A DNA stretch of 64,000 bases from Escherichia phage 1-6bf. The translations under genes and the position numbers were made by a program. Below are positions 1-12,049 of the stretch, one piece after another. The stretch lies in sequence record OR983334.1. One strand, 5' to 3'. The notes under the pieces were generated by a model that made no database searches, was not told the origin of the DNA, and saw only the letters and a program-made list of their open reading frames with translations. Position 1 is the first letter of the stretch. Every line of letters starts with the position of its first letter.

Positions 1-23
1 AATAACTCTCCTTGTTATAGCTT

Positions 24-47
24 AGCCACCTCCGGGTGGCTTTTTTC
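24..47 (+). terminator. rho-independent terminator (GC hairpin + T6)
   Basis: AGCCACC-TCCG-GGTGGCT stem-loop followed by TTTTTT, read directly from sequence. Confidence 0.5.
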
Positions 48-59
48 GTTGGAGACAAC

Positions 60-410
60 ATGCAAAACACATTAAGTGATAACTTAGGGTTTATCGTTTT
101 CTCAGCTCTTGTGTTCTTTGGTGGTATGAAGTTTAACGAGTACCAAACAGACAGTAGTAATCTGGATAAAGAGAAACATCAACAAGAGTTAGAGATTGAA
201 AGAAATAGAGCAGCTGATGAAGTTGCTCAGAGAGTTCTTACCGGTTTATCTAACTGGAAGAAGAACACGGAAACCGTTTATAAAGAGATGCATTATGAGA
301 AAACTAAACCAGTTTTTTATAATGTCTGCGCTAGTGATGAGTATGTCAGCTTGTTCAACGAGCGACAACAGCAGGCAATCAATGCCCTTACCAACAAACC
401 TAAAAGCTGA
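60..410 (+). CDS. i-spanin-like (Rz-like) membrane protein
   Basis: GGAG RBS 7 nt before ATG at 60; N-terminal TMD (LGFIVFSALVFFGG) then charged coiled-coil-like region; 3' end overlapped out of frame by a lipoprotein ORF. Confidence 0.45.
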   Translation: MQNTLSDNLGFIVFSALVFFGGMKFNEYQTDSSNLDKEKHQQELEIERNRAADEVAQRVLTGLSNWKKNTETVYKEMHYEKTKPVFYNVCASDEYVSLFNERQQQAINALTNKPKS

Positions 411-554
411 ATGTAGGGTTGACCTACCTCTTTTAGAGAGTACTCAAGGAAAAGCACTAGCCACTACGTTGGAGTGGTATCAGGACCAGTACACAGAATG
501 TGCTGCCAATCACAATGGATTGTTAGAAGCTCTGAAAGAACGTGGAATAAAATA

Positions 555-555
<1 letters not shown>
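295..555 (+). CDS. o-spanin-like outer-membrane lipoprotein (Rz1-like)
   Basis: MRKLNQFFIMSALVMSMSAC signal peptide with lipobox MSAC; ORF overlaps the 3' end of the Rz-like gene in another frame, the classic overlapped spanin architecture. Confidence 0.45.
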
Positions 556-2047
<1,492 letters not shown>

Positions 2048-2051
<4 letters not shown>

Positions 2052-2941
2052 ATGAAGAGGTAAAAGCTTTAAAGAAAGCTCTTGCAATTAAAATCAAACA
2101 TTTAAATTTCGTCAGAGATGAGTTGGAGGAGCTATCCAACTTATCAGGGTATGAATTACAGAATGAACTTGTAGAGTTTCAAATCAATGTTGATGGCGGT
2201 AGATACGTAGAAACAACTAGAGCGATTTTACCTAAAGTTACTGGTAACAAAACTTCTCCAGTAGATTACTCACATGACCACACGGAGCAATTAGAAATGG
2301 AATCTCAAGGCAATCCAGCACTGACCAATATGGTGAGAGATTCCCACTATAAGCCTTTAGTAGTAATTCTTAATGGGCCTCCGGGTTGTGGTAAAGATAC
2401 GATAGCCAATGCTTGGGTCAATGCCCATTCATACCACCACGGATATTCAACCAAATCCTTCAAGGAGCCAATGTACAGAGTAGCTGCTGCTGCACTAGGA
2501 ATACCTCTAGAAAATTTTCTAGCACGCTATGAAGATCGTGAATGGAAAGAAAAACCTAGACCAGAATGGGGAGGGAAGTCTGTAAGAGATTTGATGATTT
2601 CTACAAGTGAAGACTTCTTAAAACCTATGTTTGGCAACAATCATATGGGGAATCTTGCTGTAAAAAGTATCAAACAAGAAGGGCTAGGTCAGGATGATAT
2701 TGTCGTGTTTACTGACGGAGGTTTTGATGCAGAGGTACGAGAACTAGAAAAGAATTTCCATGTCCAAGTTGTCCAAGTTCTTAGAGATGGTTGCTCTTTT
2801 GATGGAGACTCTCGTTCATATATTGAAGGCGAACAGAGAAAAACATATCTACTGTTTAATGACTCAACCATCGAATCAGCAGTCTCAGATCTAGATTGGA
2901 TTATTGCTCAAGCTCAGGATGATATTTATGGAAGAAGTTAA
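2048..2941 (+). CDS. P-loop kinase, dNMP-kinase-like, with about 110-aa N-terminal extension
   Basis: Walker A GPPGCGKDT resembles the GxxxSGKDT loop of phage dNMP kinases; GGAGAG RBS before ATG 2048. Confidence 0.5.
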
Positions 2942-3746
2942 GCTCCCTGAAGTTGCTATAGTGGATGCTGACGTTCTTCGATATGAAGTGGGTGCTCTTA
3001 CTCAGGAGCATCCCTTTCTTGACACAGGACGTGTTCCAGTTGATTACAATTTCATGATTGAACGACTTCAGTACAAGATAGATACAATCATTGCTCGCTC
3101 AGGTTGCAGTAAGGTTGTGTTCTACTTCAGCGAAGGTGGTAACTTCCGTTTTGATGTTGCTAAGCAGCAAGACTACAAGGCAAACAGACCTCCCGGAGAA
3201 AGACCTTTTCACTGGCAAAACGTTGGTGATTACATTAAAGCCAAGTACGAATACATTGAGGTCTTTGGGAGAGAAGCTGATGATGCACTAGCTGAAAGAC
3301 AACGTAGGGATAAGAATACTATCATCTGTACTAGAGACAAGGATTTGTTGATAACTCCCGGATGGCATTATCGCTGGGCTTGTGGAGAAAGACAGAAAGA
3401 AGTTCCTCCTCACTATGTATCCGATTTAGTCTCATGGCAAAACTTCTTCTATCAAATGTTGATTGGAGATGGTACGGATAATATCCCCGGATGTGGGGAA
3501 CGTAAAGAAGTTATGTGGGGCGGTAAGCTTCAGCTTCGACGTCAAGGAATAGGGAAGAAGGCAGCAGCTAAATTGTTGGCTGGTGTTACAGATAAGTGGA
3601 CCATGTATCATATAGTACGAATGGAATACTATAAGAAGTTCGATACTGAAGATGAAGAGAAGATGCTTGAGAATGCTCGGCTGCTCTTTGTTGGTCAGGC
3701 TCCGGAAGACCTGTTCGACTGGACATGGTTAGATAAATCTTGGTAA
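2928..3746 (+). CDS. 5'-3' exonuclease / flap endonuclease (FEN, RNase H-like)
   Basis: motifs IVDADVLRYE, EADDALA, TRDKDLL, IGDGTDNIPGCG, GIGKKAAAKLL match the FEN/T5 D15/T7 gp6 family. Confidence 0.8.
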   Translation: MEEVKLPEVAIVDADVLRYEVGALTQEHPFLDTGRVPVDYNFMIERLQYKIDTIIARSGCSKVVFYFSEGGNFRFDVAKQQDYKANRPPGERPFHWQNVGDYIKAKYEYIEVFGREADDALAERQRRDKNTIICTRDKDLLITPGWHYRWACGERQKEVPPHYVSDLVSWQNFFYQMLIGDGTDNIPGCGERKEVMWGGKLQLRRQGIGKKAAAKLLAGVTDKWTMYHIVRMEYYKKFDTEDEEKMLENARLLFVGQAPEDLFDWTWLDKSW

Positions 3747-3759
3747 TAAGGATATTATA

Positions 3760-3939
3760 ATGGGTAAATTTGATTATCGTTCATATGATGAAAACTCATC
3801 CAATCGTGAATCTCGTAAAGATCAAAAGATTAAACATCAACTGTTTGATCAGCGAACTGGTCGTATTCCTCGTGAGGGAAAAGTGAGTCATCGTGTAAAC
3901 AAACGAGTTTGGGAAGAAGCTGATTATGGCGAAGTCTGA
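3760..3939 (+). CDS. hypothetical small protein
   Basis: 59-codon ORF with AAGGA RBS; overlaps start of downstream HNH gene. Confidence 0.3.
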   Translation: MGKFDYRSYDENSSNRESRKDQKIKHQLFDQRTGRIPREGKVSHRVNKRVWEEADYGEV

Positions 3940-4327
3940 GAAGACTCGCTGTAGTGGAATGTGGACTGAAGCTCGTTACAACTCTTTCATCAAGTCAGGG
4001 ATTCGTTCTCTGACTAGAAAGTGGAAGCCCATGTTCGATGCACTAGCAGACGCCAAGACAGAGCAGAAGATTAATCCGAAGACAGGAAGACTGGCAATGC
4101 ACTTTAAATGTGCCATGTGTGGTTCTGACCACCCTGTAAAGGATATGGCTATTGACCACATAGAGCCTATAGTTCCCTTAGATCATGAAGCAACTTGGGA
4201 TGAAATCATCTCTCGTGCTCTGTGTGAGAAAGAAGGTTTTCAGGTTCTATGTAAAGACCCTTGTCATAAGATTAAAACAAAAGAAGAGAATGATGCAAGA
4301 AAACAATTCAAAAAAGGAAATGAGTGA
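3926..4327 (+). CDS. HNH endonuclease
   Basis: CAMCGS ... DHIEPI ... CKDPCHKIK zinc-binding HNH motif. Confidence 0.6.
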   Translation: MAKSEKTRCSGMWTEARYNSFIKSGIRSLTRKWKPMFDALADAKTEQKINPKTGRLAMHFKCAMCGSDHPVKDMAIDHIEPIVPLDHEATWDEIISRALCEKEGFQVLCKDPCHKIKTKEENDARKQFKKGNE

Positions 4328-4547
4328 TGATCAAAAATCTACGCAACAAGTGCTTCGCTTTCGCTATCGCAATTGGAGAGGCGAGGTTGCTGACCGGTCC
4401 GTTATTCCACTCCGAACCTCCGTTGCTAGCTCCCGTTTTCATAACGGTGGCAAACCTTGTTGGATTATGACAGCGATAGATGTAGAGAAAGATGAGATTC
4501 GAGAGTTCAAACTCTCTGACATTATTCAGTATTACGATTTAATCTAG
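4320..4547 (+). CDS. hypothetical protein
   Basis: ORF with AAAGGAAA RBS; no recognisable motif. Confidence 0.35.
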   Translation: MSDDQKSTQQVLRFRYRNWRGEVADRSVIPLRTSVASSRFHNGGKPCWIMTAIDVEKDEIREFKLSDIIQYYDLI

Positions 4548-4555
4548 GAACTGAC

Positions 4556-4720
4556 ATGATCACACAAGCAGATAAAAATAAACTCTTCGACTTAATCCAC
4601 GACCTATTAGAAGCTCAGAGTTTTATCAACAACGCCGACACTTGGGAGATGGAAGCAGCTGGAAAAGCTTTTGATGAAAGTGAAGAGAAGCTTATTAATT
4701 TTATAAACACAATCTAGGGG
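4556..4720 (+). CDS. hypothetical small protein
   Basis: 54-codon ORF at end of + strand cluster. Confidence 0.3.
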
Positions 4721-4872
4721 GTTATATGAATGAAGAAGTTGTTATTCTTGGTAGTAAATCAGATTGGTTCTACGGAGGCATCTCAGGATGCTTTGAAGAT
4801 GAACATCCAGACTTCTGAAGAGAATTGGGATGTATGACGAATTTGATGGTTTTTAAAACTTAGAAACAAATA

Positions 4873-4906
4873 AAGCCCTCTTGGATTTCTCCTTGAGGGC
4901 TTTTCT
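4873..4906. terminator. bidirectional terminator between convergent gene blocks
   Basis: AAGCCCTC-loop-GAGGGCTT hairpin flanked by T/A runs, placed exactly where + and - strand clusters converge. Confidence 0.5.
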
Positions 4907-4910
4907 TTTA

Positions 4911-7900
4911 TCACTCCTTAGGTCGAACTCTTACACGGAGTCTCGATTGACGCTTACTGCGTTCAAGCTTCTCTGACAATGAGCCACGTTTAATCTTCGG
5001 CTTCCCTTCGTCATTAAACTTCTCCAAGAACTTCAAGTACTCAGTACGGTTCGTTGTCTTGTAAGAAGGAATCTTAATATCAGGGTTCTCTTCAATTACA
5101 CGTCTCATCTTCGCTACATCATCCCTACCAAGCAACTTACTCTTAGCCTGTTCAGCTGTAGAACCAAAGATCTTCTCCAGTGCTCTGGATTTGTTACCAC
5201 CTGCGGAAGAAGCACCAAGTTTAGCAATAGCAGAATAATCATCAGCACTAAACCAAGCTACTGGATTATCACCATACTTCTTCTTGTTTTCAGCAGCAGT
5301 CTGCAATGCACGTACAAAGCGACGGTTGTTACCAGCCTTATCTGCACCATGAACCCTGTCTAAAACTTCAGCCACACTAGCCAACTCATCCAAGCTTTTA
5401 CCACTCAAGAAAGCTTTCTCTACTTTATCAGCAAAGACCTCTTCCTGTTGTTTAATGCTTTCCAAGATATCAGAATTTGCTTGAGATCTTTCATCGTCAG
5501 GCAGAGCAGAACGAATCTTCTCCATCTCCAACTCTTCCTCTTGCAGTTTCTTAATATCAGAGTCAACCTTCTGAGCCTCCTCAATAGCCTTCCTAGTATC
5601 AGCATCCAAGTTATCAAGCTTACCTTCAGTATCTCCAGTAACCTTAACAATCTCTTTCTCGATAGGAGTCATTGATTCGTACTTCTTAGCGAACTTCTCA
5701 ACATCAGCCTCAATACGAGAGCGAGCATTCTGATGTTCAGTTGGAGTCATAGGCTTCTCGAGAAGTGCATAACGGTTATCCATGTAGGAACCAGCAAACG
5801 CTTCAGCATCCTCTCTAGATATGCCCTTATCTTCCATAGTACGCATCAGACGGCGATGAATGTCATCACGTTGACGTTGTACTGCCATAAGGTCATTCTC
5901 TCGCTCTTGGGCCGCTTTAAGCTCTTCACTGCGCTTAACTCTCTTGTCCACATCAAACTTACGGTTCATCTCTTCCGCTTGCTCATACATCTTATTCCAC
6001 TTAGCCTGACGAGCATCTTCCTCTGCATCAGTTAAACGACGCTGACGATCAAGGTAATCTGACTCGGCGTTGTGAATACGTTCAATATAACTACGGAACT
6101 TCTCTGGAGGAACCGGAGAGTTCTTATCGTGGTGAGCAGCCAACTGTTTCAATGTACGAGATTCCTGAGCCTCACGAACAGGTTTAGGTAAACCTTCCAT
6201 CATCTTCTCAATCTCACTCTTCTGAGCTGCAATAGCCTCTAGGGTTTTACGTTCATTCTCAACAGCAGCTTTAGCATCCGAACGAGCCTGAGCCTTTTTC
6301 CTGAGGGTAGCAAGACGTTCTTCACGAGCCTGTAAATGCTTAGCAGCAGCTTCGTATTGAGAGTTCTTGTTGGCTTTGTTGAAGGCATTCACTTCTCTGT
6401 TATAGGTGTTAATAAACCCATCCCAAATATCCTTCATCTGACCAACTTCCAAAGCCTCTTCCCTACCAGCCTTCTCTGAAGATTTAAACTTCCCATCTAC
6501 AAAGTCATTCATCAGCTTACGCATAGCATCTTTCTGAGCAGGACGTAAAGGTTCTGAATCAATCAAAGCATCAATCTCAGACTGAAGCTCTTTCTTCTGG
6601 TCAACCAGTTTAGGAGCATCTTTCTTATCGAAAGCTTTGTTCTCTTCTAGAGCTTGTTGATACAATCTATCAAACTCATCTTCACGCTGCTTCTGATACA
6701 ACCTTTCAGCACGACGTTTCAGACTATCCAAGTTAGTAACGTTCCCACCTAAACCTTTCTCTTCAGCACGTAATGCCTTAGTAGCAATGTCTTCTGGCAG
6801 ACCACGTTCCTTAACCCATTCAGCAAAATTAGTTCGTACAGTGTTGTTCTTAGCAGTAGCAATACCTTGCTGTGAAGCCAGCTGGTTACGAGCCATTTCT
6901 TCATGACGTTCAGTGTTGATAGCATTGTCTTCCTGACGAATACGACGCATCAATTCCTTAGGATCACCTTTATAAGCCAAGAAGTTTTCAGCAGTAGCTT
7001 TAGCCTTAGCAGCCTTGGAGTACAGAGAACGAGCAAAACGTTCTGCACGATCTTTGGTAGCCTGACGAGCAGCACTAGACATAGCAGCTAGACGTTCTAC
7101 ACCACTTGCCGGTTTAACGTCCTGTACAGCTTCCTTAGGAGCTTTAGGAGCACGAGCAGGTAATGGCTCAGCTTTGACTGTTGGTTCCTCTACGGCTGGT
7201 TCTGGAGCCTGTGCGGCCTCTTCTTGAGCACGTTGCTGTTCCATTGCGCGACGCTCCTCTAAAGGGTTACGAGCAGGGAGAGGTTCAGCCTGTGGAGCTT
7301 GTTCGACCGGAGCTTCTTGAGCAGCCAATGCCTCTTCTTCAGCGCGACGCTGTTCAGCCTGACGGATAGCACGTCTTTGCGCAACTAAATCACGAGCTGT
7401 AAGAGGAGTTTCTTGAGGAGCAGAAGAAGGAAGATTTTCTTCCGTCACAGTACTAGAAGAAGGCTCCCGAACCGGTTCGGTTTCTACGTCATTTTGCGTC
7501 TTAAATTTAATGTCATCAACAACTGGTTCTTCTTCCATCTTAGCACGAGCTTCCTCGGCAGTAGATTTAGCACGAGCAACTTCCAAATCACCACGAGCAA
7601 GAGAGCGGATAGCTTCACTGTTAGACTCTTGTTGCTTAACACGTTGAGAGCGAGCACGCTGAGAAGAGAAGCGATTCAGAGCATACTTAGCAGCACCAAG
7701 AGTATTCATTACCAGACTAGGTGAAGAAGCCTCACGGAATCCATCATCAGTCAGGGAAGTCCAACCACGATCTTGGTTGCTCATGAACTTAGCTGTATTG
7801 TTCAGAGTGTAAGCATCTTGGATAGGATTAAAACCTTCAGGCATACCTTTCAGTTTCTTCAACCCACCAATAGCTTTCTTCATCTCTGGAGAAACATTAT

Positions 7901-9332
7901 CAGCCATCTTCTGTAGTTCAGCAGCTTTCTCTACAAAGTTGTTAAAGTCTTCACCTTCACGAGCTTTGAATCTGTTTGCTTCATTGTAGAAAGTCTTGTA
8001 AGCATCAATGAAGTCACGGTCAGCTTGTGTACGATTCTTAATATCAATCGGACTACCAGTAAAATCACCAGAAGCTCGGAGAGAAGTCAATTCACGGTCT
8101 AGGTTATCTAGAACATCCGTAAGAGCTTTAGTGTTATCTTTGGTGTAATCAGCCATTGCATCCTTCATAGCAACAGCCTGCTTCTGGTTGTGCTCGTTAT
8201 CAGCGAAGGCTTTACCACGAGTCTTAGCAGGAGAAGCTAAAGGATTAAGGCCCGGAATGTTGGAATGTTCTTTCTGAACGGAAGCAGCCTTCTCAGCACG
8301 AGCTTGGTCAGTATTAAGAATACGCTGAGCAGCAGGAGAATCTACAGCAACAGCATCTGTAATACGGAATCCATTCTCATCCAGAAGATTCAGAGCAGAA
8401 GCAGCGTTAGCAGTTTCAGCTTTAGAGTAAGCTTCTTTCAATTCGTCAATATTCTTAGCACTACGAATCAGTTCATCATCAGCAGCAATATCAGTCTTCG
8501 CATACTCTGGAGTGTTCTTGAAGACAGCAGAATCCGGACGGCTAATCAAACCATGAACCCCACCAACTGCACCACCGAATGCAGCACCCATAGCACCTTC
8601 TTCGATAGCACCCTCTAATACATTAGCAAAGGTTGTATCATCTCCATGCTTGTTCTGAGCTTCAGCAGCACCTACAAGAGCACCACCTTTAGCACCAGCC
8701 ACTGCGTTAGTAGCAACGTTCTGACCAATACGTCCAAGTGTGGATTCAGCTGTACCAACAGCACCCGGAAGGATTCTCTGAGCCGCATAGTTAGCACCAC
8801 CAACTAAGGCTGCATCTAGAATAGATTTATCTTCCCCCTCTTCAGGGGTTTGGTCTGCATATGCACGACCTGTCTCACGACCTGCGATGATAGCAGCAGC
8901 AGCCAATGGGTTAGCAACAGTCATACCAATATCACCAGCAACGCCAGCATACTGACCAACAGTTTTACCAATCCCATCCTCAATCTTATCCATACGTTCT
9001 TTCAGAAGATTCTGAGAGTTCTCTTGGATACGCTTACCATAACTAGTTTGTGCTCCAGCTAGATTCTCACCAATCTCAACTAAACCACCAATACCTTTAG
9101 CAGCACTAGCTGCAATATTTGCACCACCAGATTGAAGAGCATTTGACACACCTTGAGCAAACTCGCCTATAGCACCACGTTCTTCTTGTTGTGGTTGTGC
9201 TACTGGTTGTTCCTCAGGAATAGAGCCACCTGCTGCCTTATATTGTTCTCTCATTTGAGCTTGTTGCTCCGGAGAGGCATTCAGATACGCAGGAGCTTTG
9301 GAAGCTTCTTCCCACGGTTTAATGTTAGCCAT
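4911..9332 (-). CDS. large virion protein (internal/ejection-type), Gly/Ala-rich N-terminus and long charged coiled-coil region
   Basis: 1474 codons; AAAGGAG RBS before ATG at 9332; last gene of virion module; internal AEPLPAR(N/A)P repeat. Confidence 0.6.
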   Translation of the reverse strand: MANIKPWEEASKAPAYLNASPEQQAQMREQYKAAGGSIPEEQPVAQPQQEERGAIGEFAQGVSNALQSGGANIAASAAKGIGGLVEIGENLAGAQTSYGKRIQENSQNLLKERMDKIEDGIGKTVGQYAGVAGDIGMTVANPLAAAAIIAGRETGRAYADQTPEEGEDKSILDAALVGGANYAAQRILPGAVGTAESTLGRIGQNVATNAVAGAKGGALVGAAEAQNKHGDDTTFANVLEGAIEEGAMGAAFGGAVGGVHGLISRPDSAVFKNTPEYAKTDIAADDELIRSAKNIDELKEAYSKAETANAASALNLLDENGFRITDAVAVDSPAAQRILNTDQARAEKAASVQKEHSNIPGLNPLASPAKTRGKAFADNEHNQKQAVAMKDAMADYTKDNTKALTDVLDNLDRELTSLRASGDFTGSPIDIKNRTQADRDFIDAYKTFYNEANRFKAREGEDFNNFVEKAAELQKMADNVSPEMKKAIGGLKKLKGMPEGFNPIQDAYTLNNTAKFMSNQDRGWTSLTDDGFREASSPSLVMNTLGAAKYALNRFSSQRARSQRVKQQESNSEAIRSLARGDLEVARAKSTAEEARAKMEEEPVVDDIKFKTQNDVETEPVREPSSSTVTEENLPSSAPQETPLTARDLVAQRRAIRQAEQRRAEEEALAAQEAPVEQAPQAEPLPARNPLEERRAMEQQRAQEEAAQAPEPAVEEPTVKAEPLPARAPKAPKEAVQDVKPASGVERLAAMSSAARQATKDRAERFARSLYSKAAKAKATAENFLAYKGDPKELMRRIRQEDNAINTERHEEMARNQLASQQGIATAKNNTVRTNFAEWVKERGLPEDIATKALRAEEKGLGGNVTNLDSLKRRAERLYQKQREDEFDRLYQQALEENKAFDKKDAPKLVDQKKELQSEIDALIDSEPLRPAQKDAMRKLMNDFVDGKFKSSEKAGREEALEVGQMKDIWDGFINTYNREVNAFNKANKNSQYEAAAKHLQAREERLATLRKKAQARSDAKAAVENERKTLEAIAAQKSEIEKMMEGLPKPVREAQESRTLKQLAAHHDKNSPVPPEKFRSYIERIHNAESDYLDRQRRLTDAEEDARQAKWNKMYEQAEEMNRKFDVDKRVKRSEELKAAQERENDLMAVQRQRDDIHRRLMRTMEDKGISREDAEAFAGSYMDNRYALLEKPMTPTEHQNARSRIEADVEKFAKKYESMTPIEKEIVKVTGDTEGKLDNLDADTRKAIEEAQKVDSDIKKLQEEELEMEKIRSALPDDERSQANSDILESIKQQEEVFADKVEKAFLSGKSLDELASVAEVLDRVHGADKAGNNRRFVRALQTAAENKKKYGDNPVAWFSADDYSAIAKLGASSAGGNKSRALEKIFGSTAEQAKSKLLGRDDVAKMRRVIEENPDIKIPSYKTTNRTEYLKFLEKFNDEGKPKIKRGSLSEKLERSKRQSRLRVRVRPKE

Positions 9333-9370
9333 AACGTCTCCTTTTATAAATAAAAATGTCCTACCCCCTA

Positions 9371-9379
9371 TATACATTA
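9371..9379 (-). promoter_or_regulatory. TAATGTATA late-promoter-like motif
   Basis: exact 9-mer on - strand in loop of an intergenic hairpin about 40 nt upstream of the 1474-aa gene; same 9-mer recurs upstream of another late gene. Confidence 0.35.
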
Positions 9380-9399
9380 TAGAAGGCAGGACTTAGGTC

Positions 9400-11055
9400 T
9401 TATTGCGTGAACCAGCTAGTGTCTTCGACAGCTGATAAAGCACCATTAAGCTTAGGATTGGTTGCTGCACCACCAACATACTCTTCCGCTTCATCAGAGA
9501 AAACACCGAGAGGGTCATAGAAACCGCCAGAAGGAATTGCACGGTTAACCAATGCAGTAGCTCTCTTCTTATCCATCTTAGAACCAATATATGCTTCGAT
9601 GGTAGCTTTCTTAGCATCAGCAACACCCTTCATAGCAGAGGTATAACCAACGTTAGCTTGTTTACGAGCATAAGCAAGAGCAGCATCAGTAGGACGCCAT
9701 CCTGACTTAAGAGCGAACTTATTTCCTACACGGATAAAAACTGATGGGTCTTCTGCGAAATGGCCCAAGTCCTCTTCAGTAAGAGATCGGGTAGAACCGA
9801 TTTCAGCCCTTGCGGAGTTCATAATAGCCTGCATGTAAGCAGAACGAGCCGTCTGGTAATCTTTATCCTTAACAGCTTTATCAGCCAAATCTAAGTCTTT
9901 GTTAGACTGGTTAAATAGACCACCCTTCTCAGCCCACTGCTTAGCAATTGTACCTTCAGCTGTGTTCTGAGCGTTACGAATCTCTTTCGTGGGGAAGTTA
10001 AAACTCTGAGCAGCTTGTTCAGCACGTTCAGCCTTAACTTTATCACGATAGCCAATCAACTCTTTCTGACGTTCAAAGTTCATATCAGTTCTCTTTTCAG
10101 CAGCACGACGAGTTTCCTCAGCACGTTCACGCATAGCCTGCTCTTGAATCTGTTGACGTCTATCCCATTCAGCATTCTGCCGTTCTTCACGAGCAGCATA
10201 CAACGCTTCTTTCTGAGCAGGGTCTACAGCTTTCATCTTCAGCAGAGATGGGTCTCCGTTAGCAATAGCAGCTGCGATTGAGTCTTGAGAGAAACCTTGT
10301 TCAATAAGGGCATCACGGTTAGCTTCTAGTTGCTTCTTAGTCTCATCTTGATTAGCCATTCCCTGACCAATCTGGAAAGCTTCGATAGGAGATTTACCTG
10401 ACATGATTGAAAGACCTACACCCATCAAACCTGTGTAGAAACTAGAGTTCTGATAGAATGGTTCTTTCTGTAGTTTATTCCAAGCTTCTGAAGGATCTTT
10501 AGCTTTAGCAACTTGCAAAATATCATTGTTAACACGTTCTTGATCTTTAGCACGAGTAGCAGCAGCCATTCCATCACCAGTGTCTTGTCCTTGAGCAAGA
10601 GTGTTAATCACACCTTGTGCCTGTTCCACCTGAGAAGGAGTAAACTCCATAGAACCAGCTTCTAGTGGTTTAGGGGGAGGTGTTACCGGAAGAGGGTCAC
10701 TAGGCATAAGCCCTGCATCTTGTAAACCTTGATCAGTGGATAGGTTAGGATTAGCCACTACAGGGGCTGGTGCTCCAATGTCAATACCCTGAAGACTGGT
10801 AGGGGTTCCTTGATTCTGCTGTTCCATAAGACGTTGCTGGAATCCAGGATTAATCATAGCATTCTGATCTTCTTCTGCCTGAGAGACAAGACCCGCAAGA
10901 GATGAAGGTACAGCAGGACGTTGGTACATAGAAATGTCTGCTGTCTGAGTCGGTCTAGCCATATAAGGAGAGGCCGAAGCCGCTCCTGGATTAACACCAT
11001 AGAAAGTATTTCTCGGGTCACGACTTCTAACCTGAGCGTAAGTTGTCTGTTGCAT
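9400..11055 (-). CDS. virion internal protein (Q-rich)
   Basis: 551 codons, AGGAG RBS, in run of tightly packed structural genes. Confidence 0.5.
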   Translation of the reverse strand: MQQTTYAQVRSRDPRNTFYGVNPGAASASPYMARPTQTADISMYQRPAVPSSLAGLVSQAEEDQNAMINPGFQQRLMEQQNQGTPTSLQGIDIGAPAPVVANPNLSTDQGLQDAGLMPSDPLPVTPPPKPLEAGSMEFTPSQVEQAQGVINTLAQGQDTGDGMAAATRAKDQERVNNDILQVAKAKDPSEAWNKLQKEPFYQNSSFYTGLMGVGLSIMSGKSPIEAFQIGQGMANQDETKKQLEANRDALIEQGFSQDSIAAAIANGDPSLLKMKAVDPAQKEALYAAREERQNAEWDRRQQIQEQAMRERAEETRRAAEKRTDMNFERQKELIGYRDKVKAERAEQAAQSFNFPTKEIRNAQNTAEGTIAKQWAEKGGLFNQSNKDLDLADKAVKDKDYQTARSAYMQAIMNSARAEIGSTRSLTEEDLGHFAEDPSVFIRVGNKFALKSGWRPTDAALAYARKQANVGYTSAMKGVADAKKATIEAYIGSKMDKKRATALVNRAIPSGGFYDPLGVFSDEAEEYVGGAATNPKLNGALSAVEDTSWFTQ

Positions 11056-11068
11056 ATTTATCTCCTAA

Positions 11069-12037
11069 TTAAGTACTAGCCAACCCACCGATTACACCCC
11101 CAGCTAATGCACCCCAAGGCCCAAAGGAAGAACCTGCTGCTGCACCACTCATAGCTCCACCAAGGAAACCACCTTTGCCACCAGATGTTTTAGTAGTTGT
11201 AGTTTGTCCGAGAGCGCCGTTAAGTACACCTGCTGCACCGAGTTGGTTGTTGATATCCTGCCATCCCCAATTAGCTGCATTCTGAGCATTCTGGTAGGCA
11301 TTATCATATTCATTCTGTTGTTGCTGTTGTTGCTGCAACCCTGCATTCCATTGATTCATCATTTGCTGTTGAGACAAATTAGCACCCTGTTGACCTAGGT
11401 TAGAAAGGTTAGAACCAATATTAGAAAGACCAGAGAGAGCAGCTGCCTGATTCTGTCTATTACCAGAGAGGATGCTTTCAGCTTGGCTGATAGCCGAGTT
11501 ATATGCACTATTGGTAATATCTGTTGCTTGCCCTTGCATCTGATTCAGAGCATCACCTTGGGCAAAAGATTTAGCCATACGAGCACCTGAACCTTGTTGA
11601 CCGGCAAACTGTTGAGCTAATTGAGGAAGAGCATTACGTGCTAGGTTCTGTTGAACTTGTTCATTATTAGCTGTAATGGCTGCTTGCACAGCGTCATCAT
11701 CATACAGTTGACCAGCGAGAGCACCAATCTGTTCTCCAGTAATACCACCTTGTCCAGAGAGACTCTGATAGCCTTTATAGGCATTATCCAGATACCCTAA
11801 CCCTTGACCTGCTGCATCCATGTATTGCTGTGAGAGAGTGCCTAAAGCGCCAGATTGTGCTAAGTTATTAAGTGCCTCTGTCTGATTATTATTAAACCCT
11901 ATATTGTCACGATAAACATAATCCCCTGAACTAGTATTACCAATCTGTTGGTTAAGCTGGTCAATATACTGTTGAATGTATTCAGGGCGAATCATTTGGG
12001 AAGTAGTTTTACTACCCCCACCTCCGAAAAGTCCCAT
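11069..12037 (-). CDS. Gln/Asn/Gly-rich virion protein
   Basis: low-complexity Q/N/G-rich 322-aa ORF, AAGGAG RBS; similar N-terminus (M-x-LFG) to the next gene. Confidence 0.5.
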   Translation of the reverse strand: MGLFGGGGSKTTSQMIRPEYIQQYIDQLNQQIGNTSSGDYVYRDNIGFNNNQTEALNNLAQSGALGTLSQQYMDAAGQGLGYLDNAYKGYQSLSGQGGITGEQIGALAGQLYDDDAVQAAITANNEQVQQNLARNALPQLAQQFAGQQGSGARMAKSFAQGDALNQMQGQATDITNSAYNSAISQAESILSGNRQNQAAALSGLSNIGSNLSNLGQQGANLSQQQMMNQWNAGLQQQQQQQNEYDNAYQNAQNAANWGWQDINNQLGAAGVLNGALGQTTTTKTSGGKGGFLGGAMSGAAAGSSFGPWGALAGGVIGGLAST

Positions 12038-12049
12038 ATCAAATCTCCT

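Noticed and set aside
4911-9332. 1474-aa protein as a tape measure protein
   Set aside because: Gene content (no tail tube/sheath, podovirus-type fibre, SLT and internal proteins) fits a short-tailed phage; the protein looks more like an internal/ejection protein. Not provable from sequence alone.
5420-9353. Many 60-117 aa ORFs on the + strand and in alternative - strand frames inside the 1474-aa gene (e.g. 5448-5675, 5733-6035, 7413-7724, 8265-8618)
   Set aside because: Entirely nested in or antisense to a long, RBS-supported structural gene; low-complexity translations; no RBS.
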